Source of the DNA: Octopus sinensis
Lineage: Eukaryota
Direction of reading: 5' to 3'
Assembly: GCF_006345805.1 (NCBI RefSeq)
Contig: NC_043000.1
Span: forward strand, 13,330,001-13,394,000
DNA length: 64,000 nt
Numbering within the stretch: position 1 is the first letter of the stretch; every line of letters starts with the position of its first letter. The notes under the pieces are model-generated. The model was not told the DNA's origin, searched no databases, and saw nothing but the letters and a program-made list of their open reading frames with translations. The translations under genes and the position numbers were made by a program. Below, one piece after another: positions 24,715 through 37,859 of the stretch.

Positions 24715-24942
24715 CTTCGGTTGTCAAGCGATGGCGGGGGGATAAACACAAACAGACATAAAGACATGCACACACATATACTACGGGCATCTTTCAATTT
24801 CCGTTTACCAAATCCACTCACGAGGCTTTGGTCGGCCCGAGGTTGTTGTAGAAGATACATGCCCAAGGTGTCACGCAGTGGGACCGAACCCGGAACCATG
24901 AGGTGGGAAGTAAGCTTTTTACCACATAGCCACGCCTGCGCC
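24715..24942 (-). mobile_element. SINE family A 5' half
   Basis: Direct similarity. Confidence 0.8.
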
Positions 24943-24977
24943 TATATATATATATATATATACACATACACACACTC

Positions 24978-25015
<38 letters not shown>

Positions 25016-25098
25016 GCATAAGGGTAGAAATTGATATTAATCAATTAAAACCAGTGGCCTAGCATATTAAAAAAATCCGAAGATTAAAATATTTTTAC

Positions 25099-25548
25099 AT
25101 ACAAAATTTAAAGGACTGACCACTAAAAGTGGACGGTCAACATGCTAGATATAGACGTCAAAATCGCTATTTTCCACGAAGAATGTGTTCTCAAATAAAA
25201 ACTCAGCACAAATCAAAGCGTAAAAAATAAGCAAGATAAATGAAAATATACGAAATAATAACGATTACCTATGTACCGATCAGTTTCGATTGTATATCAT
25301 AGTCTATGCTGATGAGATTGCAGATTTCCACGTATCCATATGCGTGGATATTAACAATCGAAACTGATCGGTACATAGGTAATCGTTATCATTTCGTATC
25401 TTTTCATTTGTCTTGCTTATTTTTTACGCTTTGGTTTGTGCTGAGTTTTTATTTGAGAACACATTCTTCGTGGAAAATAGCGATTTTGACGTCTATATCT
25501 AGCATGTTGACCGTCCACTTTTAGTGGTCAGTCCTTTAAATTTTGTAT
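25099..25548. repeat. Long fold-back: 195-bp inverted arms (25099-25293 / 25354-25548) with 60-bp spacer
   Basis: Direct: arms are reverse complements with few mismatches. One arm extends further left to ~25012. Confidence 0.95.
25304..25378 (+). ncRNA. Type I hammerhead ribozyme motif, intact core
   Basis: Direct: stem I CTATG/CATAG, core CTGATGA, stem II GATTG/CAATC with an inner 8-bp hairpin, GAAA, stem III ACTGATCGGT (self-complementary with G-U pairs), GTA triplet. Predicted cleavage after 25373. Confidence 0.85.
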
Positions 25549-25571
25549 ATATATATATGTATGTATGTATA

Positions 25572-25810
25572 CTCTTTTTACTCTTTTACTCTTTTACTTG
25601 TTTCAGTCATTTGACTGCGGCCATGCTGGAGCACCGCCTTTAGTCGAACAAATCGACCCCGGGACTTATTCTTTGTAAGCCCAGTACTTATTCTATCGGT
25701 CTCTTTTGCCGAACCGCTAAGTGACGGGGACGTAAACACACCAGCATCGGTTGTCAAGCAATGCTAGGGGACAAACACAGACACACAATCACACACACAC
25801 ACACACACAC

Positions 25811-25852
<42 letters not shown>

Positions 25853-25892
25853 ACAGGCTTCTTTCAGTTTCCGTCTACCAAATCCACTCACA
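25572..25892 (-). mobile_element. SINE family A 3' part
   Basis: Direct similarity. Confidence 0.88.
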
Positions 25893-26329
25893 TGTATGTA
25901 TAATTGTACCAATACCTTTTTAAAATAACACCTCCATCATACGATTTTAAATCGCATCTCTATTAATCAATTTACTAAACTGAAATTCATCCTTTTCTCT
26001 GACGAGCAGATATACTTCTTAATAATGGTTAACTTTGGATTTCATTTCGAAAAGTAGATCTCTCAAATCTTTTAAATAATCATTGTTATACTTTATATAT
26101 TTATCTATTAATACAATATTGTTTATATTATGGGCTTATCTCTTCTGTGGTTTTTAGGATATAGCTTTTCTTACTTTTACTCAATAATACATAATCGCTC
26201 TAATTGAATATCTAAATACCTTTAAGGTTTTAGATATTTCTCATATGAAGAGCACTTATATGAAATCCAGCACATTTTATTTTCATAGGAGATATTTGAT
26301 TAACTATATATATATATATATATATGCGT

Positions 26330-26545
26330 AGGGCGCAATGGCCTAGTGGTTAGGGCAGCGGACTCGCGGTCGCAGGATCGCGGTTTCGATTCTCAGACTG
26401 GGCGTTGTGTGTGTTTATTGAGCGAAAACACCTAAAAGCTCTACGAGGCTCCGGCAGGGGTGGTGATCCCTGCTGTACTCTTCACCCAATGGCGGTGCCC
26501 CAGCATGGCCACAGCTCACGAGAGCTGAAACTGGAAAACAAAAAC
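26330..26545 (+). mobile_element. SINE-C 5' half joined to a SINE-A tail fragment
   Basis: Direct: gggcgcaatggcctagtggttagggcagcgg...gtactcttcacc, then ggcggtgccccagcatggccacag. Confidence 0.7.
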
Positions 26546-26619
26546 AAAAACAAAAAAACAAATATATATATATATATATATATATTTATTTCATATGTAT
26601 ATATGTTTAGCCTTTTATT

Positions 26620-26827
26620 CTTTTACTTGCTTCAGTCATTTGACTACGGGCGGGCTGGAGCACTGCCTTGAGTAGGAGGAATCGACCCCAGGACTTACTC
26701 ATGTAGGCCTAGTACTTATCCTATCCGTTCTTTTGCCGAACCGATAAGTTACGGGATCGTATACACACCAATATCGGTTGAGAGGGGAACAAAAACAGAC
26801 ACACACTATGAAATATACACACACACA

Positions 26828-26858
<31 letters not shown>

Positions 26859-26875
26859 CACACACACACATACAT

Positions 26876-26946
<71 letters not shown>

Positions 26947-27051
26947 TACATATATATATATATTATATATATATAATATATATGTATGTATTTATATATA
27001 TATACATATATACATACATTCATATATTATATATATACATTATATATATAA

Positions 27052-27101
<50 letters not shown>

Positions 27102-27455
27102 TTATATACATACACGATGGGCTTCTTTTAGTTTCCGTCTACGAAATCCACTCACAAGGCTTTGGTTGGCCCCATGCTATAGTAGAAGACACTTGCTCAA
27201 GGTGCCACGCAGATGGGAATGAACCCGGAACCATGTAGTTGGGAAGCAAGCCACTCCATGTATGTGTGTAGAGGAATGTATTTGTGTGTATGCCTTTGTG
27301 TCTTTCCCAACTTCACCACTTGACAACCGGTGTTGGTTTGTTAACATCCGTATCTTAGCGCTTTCGCAAAGGACCGATAAAATAAGCATCAGACTTTAAA
27401 AAAACGAGTACTGGTGTCGATCTATTTGACTAAACCCTTACATGTCCCTTGTAAA
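26620..27455. mobile_element. Two SINE family A copies in opposite orientation (26620-27252 minus, expanded by microsatellites; 27290-27455 plus fragment)
   Basis: Direct similarity. Confidence 0.75.
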
Positions 27456-28416
27456 GTGATCAAAACAAGTAAAGGACAGCTCCTGCCCTTTACATTAGAC
27501 TGTTACGTAGATGCTGGCTGGTAGCAGTACACGCGCACGCAGTAAGCAAGACCTTGAAAACCTCCTCCAATGAAGGATATAACAACCTAATCTCTTTCAG
27601 CATCGAAAAGACAGACAATCGCTACACATACCAAGAAACACTGATACGCTACCCTTTCTTTAAGCATTAACAAAATAGAACCACCACTACCGCCGCCACC
27701 ATGCACCATCAAGGTCACTACAAACACTGGGCCACACAATATCTTACAACGGTATTATAGGTATTACAGTGGCTTAACATGCATGAAATTACCAAAAAAA
27801 AAAACTGCATCGCGAAAGGTCTATAACTTCCGCTTTAGAGCCACAACATATTTCACACATGAAAACGCCGCGTTACAGTACAGCTCACATATCTAGGACG
27901 ATGCTGCTTCTGAGCCATAGAAATATTCTTGAGCGAGACCACACCCCGAAGAAGCCAATTCACTTGAATGGTATAAAGTACCCCCTTACCAACGCATTGT
28001 AACCACTGCCTTGCAGATACGGTGGAATTTTCTTTTCCCTCCCTTCTCTCTGACTTTTTTTTTCCACCGTTTATATTCTATAACAAGCCTTGTTGCTTCT
28101 TCACTGATCTAGTTAACTATAGACAATTCTGGTTGTGCCCGGCCCGCCCACTGCACGCACCTGCCTCTTATCTTCATTTATTATTGCACTTTATCTCTAT
28201 ACACGCTCTCACACACATATACGCACACGACCATGTATGTGTGTGTGTGTGTACGTGTGTGTGTATATATATATATATAGCAAAAACTGTCTGATGAACG
28301 GCAACGAGAAACTCAGAGTAACAGATTTTGTTGAATTTTCTGCTGCTTAAAATAAAGCATATTACTCTACCACTGGTATTTGAGTACTCTTTTTTCCACC
28401 TTGTTTCACATTTATG

Positions 28417-28625
<209 letters not shown>

Positions 28626-28689
28626 GAATAGAGTGTTAAGGTTAAATTTGACGATTTTTTTATTTCTCCCCCCCCCCGCGCATTTTTTT

Positions 28690-29560
28690 TTCGGGAACAG
28701 CTTCATGTGTTAGCGAACAGTTAAACGACGTTGTGAGTGATAAAAAGTTAGCGGACATGGATGACTGGAAGCCATCTGAATATTGGAAAACAATGTTATC
28801 TGTATCATGATGATTCGCGCCGGGTATTAAAATGCAGACATCAAGATTGTTGCTTAATGCTCTGTGGACGCTGTAAAGGCTACAAGACGTACCCCACGTA
28901 TTATGGAAACCAAATTTCCCCAAACTGTAATGGTCTTTGGGTATGTCTCCAGTGACGGTCACGCTATGCCGCCCTACATCTTTGAACAGGAGCATAAGCT
29001 CAATTCAGACAATCATAGGAAGCTGCTAGAAACTGTGGTCAAACCCTGGTTGGAGAGGGTTGCTGTTGGAAGGTCAAATGTCTGGTAGCAGGATTAGATT
29101 TCTTATTTCTTTACTACCCACAAGGGGCTACACACTGAAGGGACAATCAAGGACAGACAAACGGATTAAGTCGATTATATCGACCCCAGTGCGTAACTGG
29201 TACTTATTTAATCGACCCAGAATGGATGAAAGGCAAAGTCGACCTCGGCGGAATTTGAACTCAGAACGTAGCGGCAGACGAAATACCTATTTCTTTACTA
29301 CCCACAAGGGGCTAAACACAGAGAGGACAAACAAGGACAGACAAACGGATTAAGTCGATTATATCGACCCCAGTGCGTAACTGGTACTTAATTTATCGAC
29401 CTCAAAAGGATGAAAGGTAAAGTCGACCTCGGCGGAATTTGAACTCAGAACGTAACGACCGACGAATTACCGCTAAGCATTTCGCCCGACGTGCTAACGT
29501 TTCTGCCAGCTCACCGTCTTAATCCTTAGCAGGATTAGATTTCTTGCCATACCTCCAACT
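28690..29560 (+). mobile_element. Second maT/DD37D-type transposase fragment, interrupted by a SINE-B dimer
   Basis: ORF track: IMETKFPQTVMVFGYVSSDGHAMPPYIFEQ...VVKPWLERVAVGRSNVW*QD. Confidence 0.8.
29105..29526 (-). mobile_element. SINE family B dimer inside one TSD
   Basis: Direct: 19-bp TSD tagcaggattagatttctt at 29086-29104 and 29527-29545. One full unit plus one head-less unit. Confidence 0.9.
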
Positions 29561-29943
29561 GAACTCTGGGATCGATGTAATCGACTTATTCCCTCCCTCT
29601 GAATCTGAAACCAATATTTGCATTATTAACTGGGACTTCGAATTTAGCCTAATGGCTCATGAAGCCAGCTCAAAGCAATATGTATAAATACACGCACGTG
29701 TATGCATGTTTCTGTGTGCGTGTACTTTATTTTACTTATTTATTTCATCTGAAGCTACATAAGGTAATCAGACTGCTAGCGTGTCGTTCCAAAGCACTTG
29801 TCACTTTGATATTTGAGGGAAACTAGAAGAAGAGTAAGAGAAAAAGAATATTACTGAGAAGTTTAAACCTGTTTTGAATGGGCAATAATAATTATTACTA
29901 ATACGTGCTAACGATTTCTGCTAGCCATCCGTCAAATAATAAT

Positions 29944-29982
<39 letters not shown>

Positions 29983-30367
29983 AATCCTTTCTATTATAGG
30001 CACAAGGCCTGCAATTGTTGGGGAAGGGACTAATCGATTACATCGACTCCTTAATTTCACCGGAACTGAATTTATCGACCGGTAGTCATGGAATGTGAAG
30101 GTGGCTGTAAAAAATTTAGTAACAGTAATAGTTTATCCTTATCTAATACAAGCCAAAATTAACAAATTCACCATTCAAAACAGTTTCAAAAGCAGAGGTA
30201 ATAATTATAAGTTCTACTCATGACTTTTTGAATGAATAGCAGGAGACCTTTTGGTTTTTGCTTCTCTTAAATTCTGGGCTTCCTTTAGTATTCCTGTTGT
30301 TTTAAATTGATGTATAGATGTATATATGTAAGTATACTGTAAAGTGCTAATATATATGTATAAGATA

Positions 30368-30923
30368 TCTATATATATAAAACTGTAGTTGTGTGAGTGT
30401 CTGTCTCCTACGATTTAGATTCCTAATTACTCCCACATTTTGCGGTGCAGTTTAACCAAATTCGGGTATCTTATAGTCGTGATTCATATCGAGCCCGTCT
30501 GGGTATTAGCGCGCGTCTACGATGAGTCTACGATTTTAAAAATAATTTAACATCATTTTTTATTCCATTTTAATGCATATTTTTTCGTGTGTCGATGGCG
30601 GCGGAGTTGGCGTCCATGTTCACACCTGCACCTGTGTTGCTTCTCCCTCTTCTTCCCTCCCTCGTGAAGCTGTGGGGAAGGGAGTGTAAGGAAATCAACG
30701 TCGTAAAGCGTTGTCAAGGAGACCAGCGTTCTTTTAGAACAACGACTTCATGGCTTGAAGACACCAAAACAGAAAATGTCTACGAGTCAACGATTTAAAA
30801 AAAATTTACCATAATTTTTTTTCCATTTTTAATGCATTTTTTTTGCTATTTTTTGGCTATAGCTCTCTAAAAATGCTTATGTTTTCCCTTAAAAATCCGA
30901 GCAACGCCGGGCGATCCTGCTAG
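30368..30923 (+). mobile_element. Non-autonomous Helitron-like element, copy 1
   Basis: Direct: A|TC 5' end, subterminal hairpin ccgagcaacgccgg and CTAG|T 3' end. These are established Helitron hallmarks. Confidence 0.8.
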
Positions 30924-31314
30924 TATATTATAAAAATATGTTAGAGTTATTTAATTTCTGAACGGGTTTGCTGCCGTTTGTTTATGTAGTTTGATTTCGT
31001 TATCCATCAGTTTCAAGTAAGATAGAGATGCGAGTAAAATTGATAATAGAGAAACGAAAATAAAACTTTCTAAACAGCCTAAAGGGAGGTAATTGAGAAA
31101 GACTTGAAAGTCAACTTAAGATCGTAATCATGTAAAGTAAGCCATAAATAATCCAGAATCCTTGTCCAATACCGGATCGATCCCAAAATCTAATCAGTTC
31201 GTGTCAGTCACAAGGCCAAACATCCTTTAAAGTTTCATCCGAATCCATCCAGCGGTTCTTGAGATATATTGTCCACGGACAAACAAACACGACTTTGCTA
31301 AGGCGGAGGTAATA

Positions 31315-31505
31315 ATCCTTTTTATTGTAGGCACAAGGCCTGGAATTTGAAAGGAGTAGGTAGTCGATAACATCACCCTCAGTATTCAACTCATTCACCT
31401 TATTTTATTGACCTCAAAAGGATAAAAAGGAAGAGTTGAACTCTGCGAAATTTAAACTCAGAATGTCAAAACGGGCGAAATGTCGCTAAGCATTTTGCCT
31501 GGCAC
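31315..31505 (-). mobile_element. Diverged SINE family B copy
   Basis: Direct similarity. Another fragment at 29980-30080. Confidence 0.65.
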
Positions 31506-31682
31506 AGGGTTTAATTAGAAAACTTCAAGCGCCCTAATTTTATATTACTATACAACTGAACTTGTGATGGGTGGCCTGGATTAAACAATGGTCGAACTGG
31601 CATGCGAAACTCTCGTCCATAGCCTCTCGCTTAGCAATATCTGACTGGCTGCATGATCATGCGTATGAACGGATTCAATAAA

Positions 31683-32078
31683 TCTTTATATATAAAAGAA
31701 AGGTTGTGTGCCTGTCTACTCCGATTTAGATTCCTAACTACTCCCACATTTTGCGGTGCAGTTTAACCAAAACCACGTATCTTATAGTCGTGATTAATAT
31801 CAAGCCCTTCTGGGTATTAGCGCGCGTCTACGATGAGTCTACGATTTTAAAAGTAATTTACCATCATTTTTTCCCATTTTAATGCATTTTTTCGCTATTA
31901 TATAAGGGAAGTAACTCTCTAAAAATGTCTACGATGAGTCAACGATTTAAAAAAAAATTTGCAATAATTTTTTTTCCGTTTTTAATGCATTTTTTGCTAT
32001 TTTTTGGCTATAACTCTCTAAAAATGCTTTATAGTTATTTCCCTTACAAACCCGAGCAACGCCGGGCGATACTGCTAT
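31683..32078 (+). mobile_element. Non-autonomous Helitron-like element, copy 2
   Basis: Direct: same 5' ~190 bp and 3' end as 30368-30923. The 3' terminus reads CTAT. Confidence 0.8.
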
Positions 32079-32623
32079 TTCATTAATAAAAACATGCAAA
32101 TCTTTCAAAAATTTCGGCTTTTCATTCATATCGTTGTTAGTCTAAATCCCTATACAAAAAAAAAAAAAATTACTGAAATCTTTGTTAAATACCGACACAT
32201 GAAAAATATAATAAGATAAATTAAAAAGGAAGTCGCATGTATTTGTACATCTTTATGACACTTTTATTGTGCATATATCTAACTACCAATAAGTTCGATG
32301 CTGTGATAAGGCCCGTATAAAGCCCACAATAAGATTTAAAAGACAAAATTAAATATACGTGTGTGTGTGTGTGTGTGTTGTGTGTGTGTGTGTGCGTAAC
32401 CGTAGAGCGTGTTGTATCTTGAATTTGCTTCCCAAATTTACTAAGTTCACGCGAGTTACAACCATCACTGCTCTCTTAAAAAAACTAGTCTCGGAAATTA
32501 TATTCATATCTGCTGAAATGACAATGCAACTGCTTAATACTAAGAAACATATATGAATGCATGTCTATATGTGTGCGTGTGTGTGTGTGTGTGTGCGCTT
32601 GTGTACGAACGTGCGTATCTCTT

Positions 32624-32658
<35 letters not shown>

Positions 32659-33194
32659 ATATGTATATCTATATATATTATATATATAAAATTATAATTA
32701 AGGGTATCTAAAAGATACCACCAAGCTAGATATAGCAGCCAAAACTTGACTCTAAAACCACATTAAATATTAATACGGCACCAGGAGAGAAGACAAAGAG
32801 ACAAAATAAACTAGCAAAAAATTATTGGATAATTCCAGATCCCGGATTTCTGGATTTGCATAAGAAATGCTTTGCCACATCAGTGGATTTTATGAAGTGG
32901 TCATCTTAAACGATTGAAACCGGTACATATTCCGTTTCTATTTTCCATCTCTAAGCATTCCTTTCTTTTTAAAATATATGTATGTAAACGCGCGCGCGCA
33001 CACACACAAACATATACATACAAATTTATATACATTCATACCTTATATATACATACATGAATATATATATAATTAATATATATATATATACATATATGCA
33101 TATATATATATATATATATACATATATGCATATATATATATATATATATATACATATATGCATATATATATATATACACACACACATATGCATA

Positions 33195-33800
33195 TATAGG
33201 TATAGAACGTCACCAAAAGTAAACAACATGAAATACGAAAACAAATGAGTTCAATATGCAAACAACGATAAATACAAATGGAAAACAGGACAAGTAACAT
33301 AAAGAACGACCCTTCCTCAGTTGTCGGCTGTCTATCTACTCATCATTTCGAGCATTGAACGACAATATGAGTCTTCGAAGGCAGTTGCTCCCATAAGTAC
33401 CAAAATAAAATTTTGGATTTATGGAGAGTCAAAGTTGGGAACAAAAACATGACAGTGGAGACATGCAAGGAAACCGAACGAAAACAAACATGGAGGATCG
33501 TTGGGTCAGAACGAAGGTAAAATATTTTCTTTGAAAAGGGAAAAGATAAAAGAGAGAGGTAGAATACGTCCAGTCCTTGGGACAGTACTGAAGGAAAAGA
33601 ACTATGACCATGTGAAGAAAAGAAAAATGGACGATGGGCACGTGTGAGCAAAGAGAGAGAGAGAGAGAGAGAAAAAAGAGAAAGGGAGAGAGAGAGAGAA
33701 AACGGTGAAGAGGAGGAAACGATGGGGAGAAAACGGTATAGAGTTGAGTCGCATTAAAAAGATTAAGATGCGTGGCGTTCAATCAATTAAAGTATAAATA

Positions 33801-33856
<56 letters not shown>

Positions 33857-34052
33857 ATGCATATATGGGTACAGGACGTCACCAACAGTAAACAACATGA
33901 AATGCGAAAACAAATGACTTCAATACGAAAGAAACAAATGGAAAACAGGACGAGTAACATAAAAAAGGCCCTTTCATCAATTGTCGGCTGTCTATCTACT
34001 CCTCATTTCGAGCACTGAAAGACAATATGAGTCTTCGAAGATAGTTACTCCC
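33195..34052. mobile_element. Two copies (33195-33720, 33866-34052) of one repeat family, each starting after (TA)n; probable PLE pLTR
   Basis: Direct: shared g(a/g)acgtcacca(a/c)agtaaacaacatgaaat.cgaaaacaaatga... PLE assignment is inference. Confidence 0.55.
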
Positions 34053-34220
34053 TTATATATAATTTTCCTCTGCTGTTTTCACAGTTATACTATTTACTCT
34101 CTTGTGTGTAAAATACCAACACACTCGGCGCTTCCAAAGTTTAATAAAATTGTCTCACATTCGAAAAGCTATTATTTAGCATTAAAATTAACAGCAACTG
34201 TTTAGCTTAATGGTCTAGAG

Positions 34221-34406
34221 CAGGGATCTCCAAAGTGGTTGATATCGACCCCTGGGAGTCGATTGACTATTCAAATGGTCGATAAATGCATATCTGCTTA
34301 ATTATTATTATCATTTATTTATTTTCTTGCATATGCTTGGTGGGGGCGATAAGGGGCCAAGGATTCCATGAAGGGCTCGATGGTCTAAAAAGCTGAGGGA
34401 CCTCTG
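34221..34406. mobile_element. hAT (Charlie-type) MITE
   Basis: Direct: 8-bp TSD gtctagag at 34213-34220 and 34407-34414, CAG.../...CTG termini. NTCTAGAN is the established Charlie-group target preference. Confidence 0.8.
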
Positions 34407-34569
34407 GTCTAGAGGAATCAGCTTGTACCTACGTGGTTTCATTCTTCGTAGCCACCTCTGATATCTTTTTTGCTTTTCCCGTCTTCTAAAGGGTAAATAC
34501 CCAATTAAACTCTGTTGTTTTCACAGCTATACTGCATTCGAAATTTAATTTCTTATCTGTAACATATAT

Positions 34570-34785
34570 ATATAGTTAATCCAAACATGAAAACACAAAG
34601 AGAAAACACAACAACGCGAGGACGTGGAACAAGTATAGTGTTATTGGACGCTCAGGAAAGGAAAGGAAAAAGGAGGATTTAACGTTTCGAGCGGAGCTCT
34701 TCGTCAGAAACATAGGAAAAAGAAAGATCCAAGGAAGGGAAGACGGAGGGAAAAAATCGCCACCGATACAAACGCGGTCACATTT

Positions 34786-34790
<5 letters not shown>
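34570..34790 (-). mobile_element. PLE pLTR-like repeat carrying a hammerhead; second copy at 49180-49392
   Basis: Direct: the two copies are highly similar and both end at ...ttggattaacta next to (TA)n. Confidence 0.7.
34677..34711 (-). ncRNA. Minimal type I hammerhead ribozyme motif, intact core
   Basis: Direct (minus strand): gttt-CTGACGA-A-GAGC tcc GCTC-GAAAC-GTT-aaat, with palindromic ACGT stem III. Confidence 0.75.
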
Positions 34791-34866
<76 letters not shown>

Positions 34867-35504
34867 ATATAATATAATACACACACACACACGCATATGT
34901 ACACTTATATGTATGTGCATCTTATATGTATGTACATCTAAGTTGGTTCCGTTTCGCGGTTTTAAACGAGTAAAATGCCTTCATATGTGCCAGCAGAGTT
35001 AATTTACTTGAAAACTGTCTTTCCTTACGTTATATCATTACTGCTGTATAACTTAGGTTATATGGACAAGCAACAAAAAGGATCGCATGAAGTAAAAATC
35101 TGTGAGTAGCAACAGAGCGAATGACAAGCTTGGACCTTTTCTGTTTGGCTGCCACTTTTCAATTTCTTCAATTTTTGTTTAAATTGATTTCGTATTTGGT
35201 GTATTGGTGTAGTTTTCTAAAGTAATCACTGACATGAAATTCATTTTCGTTTTTTTTTTTTCCAATGATTTTCTTTAAAACACAAAACTTTAAGAGACGC
35301 AAAGCGTTCTGCAGTTCTCCACTTTCAGCTCCTGTGATCTATTAACTGCTTATATTTCACAGCCCGATAAATATGATTATTAAACGTATAAAATACGACC
35401 ACCACGTATATATTTATTCATAGCAACGTTAAGTTAGCGTTAGAGTTCTACACACACGTACAAATATATATATATACACACACATACAAGCACACATGTA
35501 TGTA

Positions 35505-35555
<51 letters not shown>

Positions 35556-36039
35556 TGTGCATATGTGTGTGTGAGTAAATATGTATATGTTATTATTATT
35601 ATATAAAAACAATATTACATCATAAAGTATGTACAGATAATTAGGCCCAAAATACATAGACTACAGTGAAAACATCTATTTGTCAACCAAATTTTATATT
35701 AAGAGGTGCCCAGACTTAACAGTCAACCGAAATGAAAGAGGTCGTAACTGTTCTTTGAACTATAATCATATTTTCTCTACAGAATATCAAATGCGGAACT
35801 GAATGAAGCTAACCTTGTCTTTCACGAAAACCAGAAACATTGATTTATGTGCATTTATAATAAATTTGTATGGTAAAAAAAATCTGCCGACTGTAATATT
35901 TTATATTGGTTTTAGCATACATACATATAAAAAGGGGAAAGGTGATGCGGCTCTATTTCTACTGTAATTTTCACCTAGAAATTGGTTACAACTGTCTCTC
36001 AATGATTGTGTACTCTTGTTCTGTCTGTTTTTCTGTCTG

Positions 36040-36160
<121 letters not shown>

Positions 36161-36174
36161 TATCTAACTGTCTG

Positions 36175-36245
<71 letters not shown>

Positions 36246-36354
36246 GTCTGTCTATCTGTCTGTTTGTCTATGTTAATTTTTTTTGCGTATTGTATATATA
36301 TTACACAAGGTAGATTTTCTGTATGGGTATTTTTTCTTGAAAGCAATAAATATA

Positions 36355-36680
36355 TGGACTGTGGCTGTATGGTAAGAAGTTTGGTTCCGGGTTCTGCTTT
36401 ACTGCGTGGCACCTTGGGCAAGTGTCTTCTACTATAGCCTCGGGCCGACCAAAGACTTGTAAGTGGATTTAGTGGGTAGAAACTGAAAGCCAGCTGTAGA
36501 TATTTGTGTGTGTCTTTTTTGTCTGTGTTTGTTCCCCATTACTGCGGTGTTGGTGTGTTTGCATCCCGTTACCTAGCGATTTAAAAAAATAAGTACTGGG
36601 CACGATTCGTTCGACTAAAAATTCTTCAAGGCGGTGCCCCAGCATGACCGCAGTCTAATAACTGAAACAAATAAAAGAAA
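36355..36680 (+). mobile_element. Diverged SINE family A copy
   Basis: Direct similarity. Confidence 0.75.
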
Positions 36681-36729
36681 ACATAAATATATATATAATC
36701 AACTTGTTGGAAATCTAATTCAAACAAAT

Positions 36730-37859
36730 CTAATTCAAACAAATTCATTTTAATATGGGGTAGGACTGCCTTGAATTCTACGAGGTATGGACTCGTACAA
36801 AGTTTGAATTGTTTCCAAAGGAATTTTTGTCCATTCTTCAGCTAAAACAGTTTCCAGTTCTTGTAGTGATGATGGTGGAGGATATCGACTCCTTACTTGT
36901 TTTTTCTAAAATGCACCATAAATGTTCAATAATACTGAGATCTGGGGACTGTGGTGGCCAGATAAGATATTCAACTTCACTAGAATGTTCCTCGTGCCAT
37001 TCAGTAATAACTTTAGTTCCGCAACCATAGGATGAATTTTATCAGATAAAATGCTTAGTCTTGACTATTAATTCTGCCATGAAGGGAAACCATTGGGCCG
37101 GCGGATTTCCAAGATATATCCCCCACCCCCACCCCAGATCATCACAGATCCTCCTCCATATTTAACAGTTGGAAAAAGGCAACCTAGGTCAAATGCTTCT
37201 TTTAGCTGTCTACACGTATACTCGGCCGGTGGTCGGAAATAAGGCAAAGGATGACTCGTCTGAGAAAACAACATTCTTCCACTGCTCCAGGGACCAATTC
37301 TGTAGGTTTTTACTCTACTCTAAACTCTTTGCAATGTTTGTTTTTAAAAGTAGTGGTTTTATGATTGCAGCCCTCACGTGAAATCCGGTTTTGTGCAGCG
37401 CCCGGCGAACAGTTTTCGTGGAAACTGGGTTCTCGAGGTGGTCATTAAGCTCTGCAGTAATTTTGGCAGCTGTACTTTTGTGATCCTTTCTAACAATTCC
37501 CATAAGAGTCCAACGGTCCCGATCTGAAAGTTTTAGTTTTCTTCTGGAGTTTCGTTTTAACGGGGAGACTCTCCCTTCTTTCTCAAAGGCTGTCATTGAG
37601 ACAGTACTTCTTGATACACCAAACATTTCAGCTGTTTAACTTCTTTGAAAGTCCGACAGATCTGTCATTTTAATGAATTCTAATTAACTTTTTCTGGTGA
37701 TATCTTAAAAGAAACAGCAATTTTAACCAAACATATTAAGCAACACTAATAATAAGTAAAAAAAAACATAAAAATAAACAATATTTGGGCAGTTTTATAG
37801 ATATTTCAAAATTATGATGTTATGATGCTAGGTGTTTCCATTATTTTGTCAGACTCCTG
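36730..37859 (-). mobile_element. Decayed Tc1 (DD34E-type) transposon
   Basis: ORF track: FGVSRSTVS, VSTKTVRRALHKTGFHVR..KPLL and PTVKYGGGSVMIWG. Manual reading: WKNVVFSDESSF. One end reads TA|CAGGAGTCTGACAAAATAATGGAAACACC. Confidence 0.88.
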
